NCBI GenBank assembly: GCA_002269645.1 | Contig: NIVC01000029.1 | Location: forward strand, 1,054,001-1,118,000 | Direction of reading: 5' to 3' | Length of the DNA: 64,000 bases | From: Macrostomum lignano | Lineage: Eukaryota | Part shown: positions 1 to 24,429 of the stretch, one piece after another | Position numbering within the stretch: the first letter of the stretch is position 1 | How the letters are laid out: every line of letters starts with the position of its first letter | Notes under the pieces: generated by a model | The model's input: the letters and a program-made list of their open reading frames with translations, nothing else | Databases searched by the model: none | What the model was told of the DNA's origin: nothing | Position numbers and translations under genes: made by a program

Positions 1-2370
1 TCAAAGAGCATCAGCTCTGTGTATGATAATGCAGTGAGCGAGACATGGGAGTTTTGCGGCAAAACGCCAACAAATGTTTCTCATGGAGAAACACTGACAG
101 TTCCTTGTATCAGGGATCAGGTAACAATTTTTTGCGTGAAGTTTAAATAGAGTAGAAATGATTCAATTTTATCCACCATATTGTGACCCCGAGAAAAGAC
201 ACTAAACTCTGTATTGCTTCAGCTGTAAAATGGGTGCCAGCATTAGCTGGGGTAATTGAGGGTGTGTGGGCGACCCCTCAGTCCTTGGACTGAACAGCCG
301 TACGCAGCCTTCAGATGCGCCGCGCAATAGCTGCGGCTGAGCTGTCGGTTGCACATCTGGCCCAAATGGGGTAGGTGTAAATATTTAATTAATTACTTAT
401 TATTATTTATCAGGTTCAGATAATACTACTTCGAAAATATGTCGCCAATGAAACTGTGCCACAAAGACAGTGCATGAACTTTGTCGATATGTGGATCGGC
501 CTCCATGGCGTTCAAAGTGAGTCGCTATATAAATTTAAAATCTTAAGATAGTTCCCATCCAATGTACCGCTAATCATATCTGATCTCATCCAGCTGATTT
601 TCAAACATTGAACGGATCTTCAATTGGACAAGTGAAACAGAACTCAAGTGTGACAGTGAGCTGCCAATCAAACTGCTCAATAAATACCTCACTGATCACT
701 CTGACTCGAAATGACGAGAATCGAACTCTTGCAAACGGAAGCCAGGCTTATGAGATTTCGCATGTGCAACCATCAGATGCGGGAAACTACACCTGCAGAG
801 CAGGTGGTGTCGTGTTGAGCTCCAAGTATCTTCGCGTGCTGTGTGAGTTGATGCACTTAAAAGGGATTAGGCTCAAGACTGTTTATATGTTTAATGTATG
901 AAACAAATTTAAGAAGTGAGCATTATCTGAGACGTACTAAATAAACATGAAATTCTAATTTTAACTAATACATTTGCGTAACTTCCAGTATGCTAACTAC
1001 ATCAAGCTCGGAGCCACTTTTTAAAGATTTCTTTTATACCATTAATTGACTAGTTGCATCACTATTTTAGCCCCTCTTATTATTCTTGGTAAACTATAAC
1101 TTCTTATAATTAAAAAACTCTACCGTATTTCAGATCCTCCGATGGACCTTACAATCGGGATAGTCAAGTCCTGCAACTGCGACACCAACTCTGCCAGCCA
1201 ACTGCTGACTTTCGAGTTCAAGTCATCCGAGTCAGAGCCAGTAGCGAATCACAGCTGCTCTGTGAATGGCAATCTTTCAAATGAAATTAACGCCACTGTT
1301 GCTGTCACAGCCGAGGAATTGAACAACTCTTTTGACAACGGTTCAGTGAAAAAAATCCAGTTGGACCTGCTATGACTGTTGTACAGCCATCGGCTTGTCG
1401 AATTTAACTATAAATTGCACGGCTGTTCAGTCAGGAGTGCCCTGGCATTCGACCATCACCGAAATTCTTTCAATATCTAGATGTGGTACGCAAGTCCTTT
1501 ACGTCTCGCAAGTCATGACGGACTTAAAATACGCATTGGAGAAATATTACACTGTAGTATATAAATAAATAAAAATCTTTGACACGTTTAGCAGGGACTA
1601 CGTGTAGTACAGTATCTAACGTCAGTGGAAAACTATCTGGGTAAAATAAGGATAGACTAGAGTATTACTCGTATTTTTATACTTACGCTCGTATTTAGGA
1701 TTTTTAGTTGAGATTTTTAGCCACACTGAACACTGTAAAATATTCAGAGACGAAGTCGGTTGGCTCGAAACAGCAGAAAGAACCCTTATGGTTGGCATTC
1801 GTCTTAACCGTATCGACAGTGGTTGCGGTGGGCGTTCTTGCTCTAGCGATCATCTACCAGATGAGAAAGGTGAATTCCAATGAATTTCTTATAACGATCT
1901 TGTACTGAAATTTACACAGAAGTTTTAAATTATTTTATAAACTTTAGAAGCCGGCAGTTCAGGTGCAACCGCAAAAGTCTCAGGAAGTTGAAACTAAGCC
2001 AGCTATAGCCCAAGATCAAGCTGATGAAGCACTACCACGAGAGCCTCCGCGATCTACAGAGAGTTTCGATCAGGCTTCCAACAGTCGACTGAACTCTGCG
2101 TACGGGGTATGTGATTACCAGCAGAACACGTAGCTACCTTATCTCACTGCACGTGAGGCAGCTTCTGGTCACAGATTTTTACGCGTACTTTCTTCACTTC
2201 AGAACGAAACTGAATGCATATATACAGCCCTGGTACCTAAAGCTAATGGCAAATTCAACGCTGATATTCTACAAGAGACGTCGGGCGCGAGCACGCGACC
2301 TATCAGCGACTGCACCGAGTACATTGAGATTGTATCTGATGGGCCTCTGATAGATGCTGAGAATGGCTAA
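1..2370 (+). CDS. Receptor paralog 1 (5'-truncated by window): end of F-type-lectin-like domain, Ig domain, second Ig/Fn-like domain, TM, tail with TEYIEI; has a +1 frameshift
   Basis: Exons <1-120, 414-516, 594-842, 1134-1485, 1748-1869, 1948-2106, 2203-2370, all GT-AG. Phases agree except 1134-1485, which is 352 nt (one extra base at the A7 run 1349-1355). Ig motif DAGNYTC; TM LWLAFVLTVSTVVAVGVLALAIIYQMRK; homologous exon by exon to the gene at 4448-7833 (WEFCGKTP vs WDFCGKTP; 103-nt exon in both). AATAAA at 2405. Confidence 0.8.
183..378 (+). mobile_element. SINE family 1, 5'-truncated copy in an intron
   Basis: Near-identical to 3600-3800 and 30340-30540 (GCTGTAAAATGGGTGCCAGCATTAGCTGGGGTAATTGAGGG...CAGCCGTACGCAGCCTTCAGATGC). 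Confidence 0.85.
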
Positions 2371-3505
2371 ATACAAGCTGCTAACCGTTGAGTCGAGAAA
2401 CTTTAATAAAGAATTTTGAGACAGATTTTATAATGTATTATTCATGTATTGATAACGATTGTATTTATTCTTGACCTTAAAATAATAATTATTAATCATC
2501 TTTGATACTTTAGGACTCTCATAAAGTAGGACTGTCACAACTCTCATAAATAGTTTCTCTAACTTGATCGTTTTTTTAGTCCTACCAACTCAAATTTGAC
2601 TTTTTAAATGGAGGTTATCAGGTTTGAAAAACAGTTATTGTATGTTAATGAAAACGATATAAACACCAAGGTCCCCGTTATAAGAAAGCCTTTTAGTGGT
2701 CTTTGTCACTAAACCTCTGCTCTGTAACCATAATTGATTAATGATTAGTTATTCAATAAATACTCAATAGGCTTTGAGCATGTACCAATACGAGCCACAC
2801 CTTTTGTATGGTAGCTACGGTAGCTATGGTAACCGATCTGTTTGTTCTACGTCAGATTTTTTCCAAGCCGCTCCCAACGCTCTCAGTATTTCAGATGCAA
2901 GCATGCACACACAAACTGTTTGCCCCTCATTGCTTCAATTTTAATAGCTCTGATGTTTAAATTAAGATACATTTAACTCTAGACTAGACCGATATTTACT
3001 ATAATCTAAATATTATTTCATACCAACATCATGCTATTTATTTAAAGTGTCAATACACTATAAAAAGCATAAGAGCCACTGAGAGTTTGTGAATCTACAC
3101 GTATCTCAAACGGCAAAACTTTTATGGCGACATTTTTCGGGCTGTGGGAGAGATTTTACTATTCAAATATTTCTTTGTCTACTTTTCTCAGTAGTATAAA
3201 TTGAACAGCTGCGAAAAGCAAGAAAAATTTCAACATTACAAAAACATTCATGCAGTTTTTAGAAAACACCATAGCTAGCTGCAGCAGAATTTCGATTTAT
3301 CCTATGCTGGAAATTTATAAATCTGCGAGCTAAATTGCGGTTTAAAAGTTTAATTGTGATCAATTAGCTACTGAATTCTTCGATGACAAATTTTAGTTTG
3401 CACTCTGCTTGGCTTTTAGTTGACATTTAAAAAAATATATTGTATATGAGCTGTCGCGAATGTAGTTAGTTCTACCGGGGGTATATTAAGAAGAATAATG
3501 AATAA

Positions 3506-3812
3506 GAGTCTATAGCCTTAATGGTTAGAGCGTCGGACTTACGACTTGAAGGTCAGGGGTTTGATTCCCGATCCCATGCACTAGAAAAAAATTGTGTTCT
3601 TGAGCAAGGCATTTACAACTCTGCATTGCTTCAGTTCACCCAGCTGTAAAATGGGTGCCAGCATTAGCTGGGGTAATTGAGGGTGTGTGGCGACCCCCCA
3701 GTCCTTGGACTGAACAGCCGTACGCAGCCTTCAGATGCACCGCACCGCAATAGCTGCGGCTGGGCTGTCAGTTGAACATCTGACCCAATCGGGACAGGTA
3801 TAGTCTATTATT
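3506..3812 (+). mobile_element. SINE family 1, full length: tRNA-derived head, CORE-like central domain, (TAT)n tail
   Basis: A-box-like TAGCCTTAATGGTTAGAG and B-box-like GGTTTGATTCC. TGTTCTTGAGCAAGGCATTT...CTTCAGTTCACCCAGCTGTAAAATGGG resembles the MIR/CORE motif CCTTGGGCAAGTCACTT...CTCAGTTTCCTCATCTGTAAAATGGG. At least 4 copies in the window. Confidence 0.8.
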
Positions 3813-4287
3813 ATTAAAAATTAAATTGAGGTCTGCACGAGTATAGTCTCTCTGTATGAAATTGGCCGAATTCAGCGGTTTCCCTAACAATGTCATCAGT
3901 TTTCTGACAATAGATAAGTCCAAATCATGCAAGTACAAACACGAATGACGCTTACCGAACGGTAGGAGTTTTTCACTCAGAGATTTAGTCCTAGTGAACT
4001 TCCTCTTGTCTCCTTTGGGACTTCTCGAAGTCTGAGACTTCCGCTTGAATTTTATAAGTTTATAGAAATACAAAAATGTAGGCTGAACTTCGGTCAAACC
4101 GGTTCTTTGATGAGTTTTACGGAAAGAAATTTAAATATTTGGCAGGTGGGAATCTATGAATTTGAGGGACGCGCACGATCAAGATTTGGGATCATTTTCA
4201 AGGCAATGCTTACCACATTTAGAATTCTAAAAATAGTGGATAGGCACACTTGTTTACATAGTATTTGCATACAACTATTTAATACAT

Positions 4288-4441
4288 GCGCAACCTTGGG
4301 AATCACTCAGCCGTTTCTATTGGCAACACACACATGTAAGTCGCTATTGGACGGAATAGTAGTCACGTGACTACTCTTAGCCAATAGCGACTTCCATGTG
4401 TGTTGCCAATAGAAACGGCCGGGTGAATCCCAAGGTTGCGC
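4288..4441. mobile_element. 154-bp near-perfect palindrome (MITE-like hairpin) centred on GTCACGTGAC
   Basis: Arms GCGCAACCTTGGGA... and ...TCCCAAGGTTGCGC pair along almost their whole length; the perfect core is AGTAGTCACGTGACTACT. Confidence 0.7.
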
Positions 4442-4447
4442 TCAAGC

Positions 4448-7400
4448 ATGAACCATTTACACCTCTTTGTTTTGCAGGGTTTCAGCTTACTACTTTTAGC
4501 AGCACACTTATATATTGCTTGTAGGTCCAAAATTCAAAATTAACGGTAAAATGACTGCAGCAAACACGATGTCAAAATAATTTTAAACTTAATTCGATTC
4601 CTCAAGTGATCCTAACTTTGGTTAAAAAAGGTTTATTTGAAACTGAAAAGGCAGAAGATATAATACCTTGCAAACTATTTTCATTTTTGCTGGCACTATA
4701 CGTGTATTTGTTCGAATGTGAAGAAAGGATGAAGTGCTAGGCACACCGATGCACAGTTTAAATGCAGTTAATACAACTATTTTCGTTTGAAAATTTTAGA
4801 AATTCATTGCTATCGAATCGATTATTCAGATTTGAAAGTGGCCAGCAAAGGTATAAACAATCTAGTATGGTATATATTTGCACCACAGAATATTCTGAGA
4901 CTTGCACTGTAGCTATAAATTATCTGGGTTACCATCTATCTAGCAGATTCCACCGCAGTTGTCGTGAACCAGTGACTTTATTTTCCCGCTCCAGTGATGA
5001 ATATTCTGGCAACCATCTGCTTTTCTGTGGGAATTTTTATAAGACAAACTACAGGAGACTTCAAAGCATGTGAGTGTGAATTATATGATATCATTTTCGG
5101 AGAGAAACCGTACGTTTGAGTTAAACAACTTTTATCATGTTTACATGTAGCTTTGCTGTTTAAAAATTTTAGGTAGAGAATACATCACCAGAGACACAGT
5201 CGGTGATTCGTGGCAGTCTTCAAGTTTTTATGATAGAAATACTGAGTCAACGTGCTTTAAAAATCAAGCAACTAAGACAGATGACTTCAGATTCTTACAT
5301 TATAAAGTTGGCTTGAACTATACGGACAATGGATTTCATTGGTTTGTGATAAAGCTAAAGGAGCAGAAACTGATCAGCTCAGTCACCATCACTGCTAGAA
5401 GTGAGTTTATTTTCATTGCATTTTTTAACGAGCCTATGCAGAGTTTTACGAGTTTGTTTAATGTAGTTGTGATGATCAATTACAATAAAAAAATCGACAC
5501 AGTAAAGCACTCACCTTTTCCTTTTTGTGAAGTGCACCTTGTGACAGTTTAAATTACCAAATAATATAATTTGTTATAGTTTCGTAGCTATTTTCACGCG
5601 GTAAGCAGTCGTTCTGTATGCGTTTCAGAGAAAGTTTTCAATATTCTTGGTCAATTGCTTGTACATTCATTGTAGCATGTATTGCGCCATCCGATACACT
5701 AAAAACGAAGTGATTCTTACGTCAAAGTATTGATTTGACTTTAACAATTGGTTTTCATTTCATTCAAACTACGTCAGAGCTGCATACCGGGGAAGAGAAA
5801 GACAAAAGTGGCATATTAAACCCTCGAGCAGCAGAAATTGAGATATGGACATCCAAGACAGACGGGATGAACTTCGGACAAAACCACTGCGATACTAAGA
5901 ACAGACTGGCTAACTTTGAACAAGCAGAGAACCGCTCGTGGGATTTCTGCGGCAAGACTCCACAAGAAGTATCTTCGGCAGATAACCTCACTGTCGATTG
6001 CGTCAGGCCAGGGGTACGTAAGCCTTCATCTTCAGGTGCAAATTTCGCACTCAATTTGTGGTTTTATCCGGATAACCAAGCGGTTGGGTGATTCAGAAAA
6101 AGCAACAAGATCACATAGACTTAGCTTCATTTGCAGTGAATTTAGGTTGCAATAGTGCTCGACCACAGATCAGTTTTGATCATTTTTGAGGGAAGTGAGT
6201 AAGTCTGGTTGTCTAAAAGTATGGCCATATCTAAAAAATATAGGGCATCCATCCAACTTCTACGATTAACCTCTTTATTATCTTCACCTCATTGCTTTCA
6301 TGGTAGGTTCGAATGCTACTGCTCCGAAAGAAAGCCACCAGTGAGGGTGATGATGAAAAAAATTGCATGAATTTTGAGAACATGTGGATTGAGCAAGTCT
6401 ACACCCAAAGTAAGTTACTTTGTAACATCCATGAGTCTGTCTTGAGTTTGTTTTATAAGTGGCTCGATCTAAGCCAATAAAAAAGTTATAAATCAGTCAC
6501 TATTTGTAAAGAGAAAAGCTAGAAAATGTATTGAGACTTGTCTAACAAAACTAGTAATTCGCAAAGCGATTTTTAGTGGACTATATCAACGATTTTTAAA
6601 AAAGAAGCATATTTTGCTCTTTGCAGTTAAAATCCCGCTTCAATCGGTAACAATAAATTATTCAGTAGCTGTAAACTGTAGCGTACAGTGCACCAGAGAT
6701 TCGAATATTACGGCCATACTGGAGCACTTCGGGACTCGGGCAAGCAGGCGCACTCTTGCCTCAGGAAACAATACTCACCCTGCCACAAAAATGATTGAAA
6801 AAGCGCGACCAGAAGATGCTGGGAATTACACTTGCAGCAGCAGTTTTAGTGGACAACCGCTTGACATCAAGAGCAGACATCTCCAAGTATTTTGTAAGTT
6901 CATAAATGATAAATCTACTGACGTGTGTTGGTAAATAACCTATTTCGGATGAATAGCAACTTGTCTTTTAAATTTCAGATCCGCCTGAAAATTTGAAAAT
7001 CTCTGCAAACACTAGCGATGGTCAATGCCTCACATCCGGCTCGCTGACTTTACGATTTTTATTCGAGTCCTGGCATTCTGAGCCGGCTCCTGAGCACAGC
7101 TGCGCAGCTTCCGACTCGCTAAATAACAGTATTTCACTGGTCATAATTGCTAACGTTAGTAAAACAAAAGCGTACACATTTACATCAGTTCGGCTGTGCC
7201 CGAATTGCAGCGTTAGCAATGTCTTGACGGTAAATTGTAAAGCAATTCAGTACAACGAATCGAAAGTTTTGTGGAGCGTCCATCGGAATAAAAGTATGAA
7301 GATTTGCAATGAGATAGAACGACATAAGTTGGTGTTCATTGTTGCAACCGTGCTGAGCGTCGTTATATTGACTGTTTTGGGCGGCTTTGGCGTAAATATC

Positions 7401-7833
7401 ATTTGGCGATTAAAAAAGGTATACATCTTCCTAAAGAAAGCGCCACATTTAACTTTCAATCATTGATGCTAAACGTGTCAACTTGAAAACATGATTTGCA
7501 GCAGGATTTGCCAGTACAACTGCTCGTGACTACTGGTACCAGTCCAACCTCTGAAGAGAATTCAGCAACTGTGAACCACGAAATGTTACAACCGCAGCAA
7601 AAACCGAAGCTAGCAAGAGCTGCGACTACAACATATTTTGCAGATGTAAGTTCTACTCTGGAATAATTAGCGCATGATACATAACAACAGTGCAATACCC
7701 AAACTTTATACAGGAATCAAAGACCGTCACGTATTCCGTGCTGCTTCCAACGTCGTCCCAGGATCAGACGGAGGTCAATCGGCCTCAAAGCGACGCAACA
7801 GAATACTTAGAAATTGTCAACGATGGACTCTGA
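4448..7833 (+). CDS. Receptor paralog 2, about 578 aa: signal peptide, divergent F-type lectin (FTP/F5-8C-like) domain, Ig, second Ig/Fn-like domain, TM, ITIM (VTYSVL) and ITSM (TEYLEI)
   Basis: Exons 4448-4524, 4830-5069, 5291-5400, 5778-6013, 6307-6409, 6627-6893, 6979-7418, 7502-7645, 7714-7833 splice in phase into an uninterrupted 1737-nt ORF. FTP-like motifs KQSS, HWFVIKL..ISSVTITAR, AEIEIW, FCG..LTVDC..GVR; Ig DAGNYTC; TM LVFIVATVLSVVILTVLGGFGVNIIW. The first exon is the least certain. Confidence 0.8.
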
Positions 7834-8088
7834 CGTGCACTTATCAAGCACTGCATCGAGGATATTATTAGACAATTTGAAGTAGATGTACTTTGCAAAC
7901 AGTCAAAAGTAGCAAAATTAGAGTATGTATGCCCAAAGCAAACGGTACCTAGGCCAAGAAGCGTCCCGTTAGAGTCAGTTGCGTCGCGCCAGAGCCGTTG
8001 CAGGTAACACAGGTACTCGTAAAATAGGAAAGTGACTTAGGACGACTCTAAAACGACGGGATGCCTCGGTACAAGCCGCCAAATAATA

Positions 8089-8325
8089 ATAATAATTGAT
8101 TACACCTGTCCCAATTGGGCCAGATGTGCAACCGACAGCTCAGCCGCAGCTATTGCGCGGCGCATCTGAAGGCTGCGTACGGCTGTTCAGTCCAAGGACT
8201 GGGGGGTCGCCACACACACCCTCAATTACCCCAGCTAATGCTGGCACCCATTTTACAGCTGGGTGAACTGAAGCAATGCAGAGTTAAGTGTCTTGCTCAA
8301 GGACACAAACTGTTCCAGTGGGTTT
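8089..8325 (-). mobile_element. SINE family 1 copy (reverse orientation, headless)
   Basis: Reverse complement of the 3590-3810 body; tail appears as TAATAATAAT at the left end. Confidence 0.85.
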
Positions 8326-8535
8326 GTTTGAGTCACTTTGAAGCGTTTTGTTGTCTGCGATATACTCGTATATACGCTATAACGACTCTGGGGCCGTAGT
8401 TTTATTTGAGGCGTGATAGAGTCGCTGTAGAGGAACTGAGTAGCGTTTAAAGCGCATCTGGGTCACTTGATAAATTAATTAGTCACATCTTAAGTGCCAT
8501 CACGATTCTTGGACGATTCTTTTTCGCGACTCTTA

Positions 8536-8866
8536 TTTTTATTAAAGGCAGGGGGTTGTGTGCACCCTGGCGACACAGGCACACAACCGGCGAGAGGCAT
8601 TACTGCCCTTTCCGCCGACTCCCCTGAGCAGGCATACAAGCGCGCGGATACGTACGCAGGCACACACTCACACTGTCACTTTATTTTATCGTTAGGCATG
8701 TACACTTCACTGCGCCTTGGGGGGTTGGCTTTCAAGGCCGTTAATTGCACGAGCAGAGCCAAGCCGAGATTCCAATTCAGCCCCAAATTTATGTGACTGC
8801 ACTTGGAATCGAGCCTGGGCCGCTGGCACACCAGAGCCTGCGCTAGACCGCTGGGCTACGGCCCCC
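8536..8866 (-). mobile_element. SINE family 2, full length, with 14-bp TSD
   Basis: Minus-strand head GGGGGCCGTAGCCCAGCGGTCTAGCGC...GGCTCGATTCC (A/B boxes), A-rich tail, TSD TTTCGCGACTCTTA at 8522-8535 and 8867-8880. Second copy at 30781-30968. Confidence 0.85.
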
Positions 8867-9764
8867 TTTCGCGACTCTTACGATTCTTCAACATAAAGTG
8901 ACGCGCTTGCGACGCAAAATTCGTCTTTTCGTCGCATATAGAGACTCGTTTGAGTCGTTAAAAAGTCACAGGAGTTGCTCATTAGTCGCGAGAGTCACTG
9001 GAAAGTTACTTCGTACTTGTAATGACTTTTTTAGCCATTCTTGTCACGGTAACATTTTCAACAGGATTCTTCTCCGAGTGTACGAGCGTAGAAACGAAGT
9101 AAAAAGCTGATAAAAAGAGAATAAAAGTATTACCTAAGTGATAATCTGTTTAAGTCTTAAGAAGTGAAGATCTGCTATCTATTCACTGCAAGTTAAGCAG
9201 ATTTGGTCGTGGTTAGCACGCAGCTGAATAGGCTTGCGTGTCACTTTCTGGCGAGTAGAGAAGAGAAAATCATTCTGCTGTGATGATAGGGTAGGTAGCT
9301 TGCAAGTCACATTGTAGCCAGAAAAAATGATTTCGCGATCTTGTATTCATTCACTTTCAACTATTATTCAGCTCCTTTGTCAATAAAAGCATCCATTTTT
9401 TGTCTTGATTTACTAATTATATAACTCGTAAAAATTTTAATGCCTATTAGACAGCTAATTGGACAGAGTACTACTGTCGAAACTGCTACTTACTACTATC
9501 AGTACTACCAGCATTACTACCAGGTGAAACATAATAGTCTATTCAAGCAGTTTTTCCTATTCTACCTTTGACTCCCTTGTTAAATGAAAGAAAAATAAAC
9601 GAGCACTACCATTAAAGAAATTTATTTTACAAAAATAGCTAAGCTGTGTTGCCGTAAAAAACCAACACAAACGCGCATGTATTTCCTGAAAATGTTGTTT
9701 TAAGTTGCGTAACAATTTCTGCCTCGAATAACACTAGAGTTTACAGACAAGAATAGACTGTGAA

Positions 9765-10625
9765 AATGCGATTTTAAGGAGTGGTTGATGGCGATTTCAG
9801 GGAGTGGTTGATGGCGATTCCAAGGAGTCGTTGATGGCGATTCCAGGGAGTGGTTGATGGCGATTCCAAGGAGTCGTTGATGGCGATTCCAGGGAGTGGT
9901 TGATGGCGATTCCAAGGAGTCGTTGATGGCGATTCCAGGGAGTGGTTTATGGCGATTCCAGGGAGTGGTTTCTGGGGATTCCAGGGAGTGGCTGATGGCG
10001 ATTTCAGGGAGTGGTTGATGGCGATTTTAGGGAGTGGTTGATGGCGATTCCAGGGAGTGGTTTCTGGGGATTCCAGGGAGTGGCTGATGGCGATTTCAGG
10101 GAGTGGTTGATGGCGATTTTAGGGAGTGGTTGATGGCGATTCCAGGGAGTGGCTGATGGCGATTTCTGGGAGTGGATTCTGGGGATTCTAGGGAGTGGTT
10201 TATGGCGATTTTAGGGAGTGGTTTATGGCAATTCCAAGGAGTCGTTGATGGCGATTCCAGGGAGTGGTTAATGGCGATTTTAGGGAGTGGTTTCTGGGGA
10301 TTCCAGGGAGTGGTTTATGGCGATTCCAGGGAGTGGTTTCTGGGGATTCCAGGGAGTGGTTTATGGCGATTCCAGGGAGTGGTTTCTGGGGATTCCAGGG
10401 AGTTGGTTTATGGCGATTCCAGGGAGTGGTTTCTGGGGATTCCAGGGAGTGGCTGATGGCGATTTCTGGGAGTGGTTGATGGCGATTCCAGGGAGTGGTT
10501 TATGGCGATTTCTGGGAGTGGCTGATGGCGATTCCAGCGAGTGGTTTATGGCGATTCCAGGGGGTGGTTGATGGCGATTCCAGCGAGTGGTTTATGGCGA
10601 TTCCAAGGAGTCGTTGATAGCGATT
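9765..10625. repeat. 23-bp minisatellite (GGGAGTGGTTGATGGCGATTCCA)n
   Basis: Direct tandem units with variants; lies just 3' of the RPAP1 stop codon. Confidence 0.95.
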
Positions 10626-10771
10626 CTACGGATTCAAAGGAGTAGTTTTTACTGTTTCCAGAAAAAAATTAAAGCAGTCTTTGTTCAGAAGACTTATTCA
10701 GGAAAAATGGAACAATTGGTTGGCAATTTAACAACTAAAAGGAGTGAACAAAAACTTGGTCAGAGAGTCAG

Positions 10772-24234
<13,463 letters not shown>

Positions 24235-24429
24235 TATTTTATTGGTGTTATTTTTTAAGCAAAGGCTGAAATATAATACGGATTTGCGGCGCACCTATTA
24301 CAAATAGTAGAGACAACATGTTGTCATTGTTTCGTATGGTATTCGTTCGAAAATCCAGCATATACTTGAGCATATCCCTTCCTTGCATGAATGTACGAGA
24401 GTCACTATCACTCGAATGCTACTGACCAA

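Larger units (their letters stand above)
7945..8975. mobile_element. Unclassified interspersed repeat, interrupted by two SINEs
   Basis: Segments 7990-8088, 8326-8535 and 8867-8975 align collinearly with the uninterrupted copy at about 31690-32110 (CACTTTGAAGCGTTT, GTCGCTGTAGAG, GTTTGAGTCGTTAAAAAGTCACA). Confidence 0.6.

Noticed and set aside
3506-3575. tRNA gene (also 8800-8866, 19540-19620, 30270-30325, 30781-30845)
   Set aside because: A/B boxes are present, but there is no complete cloverleaf and each runs into a shared SINE body.
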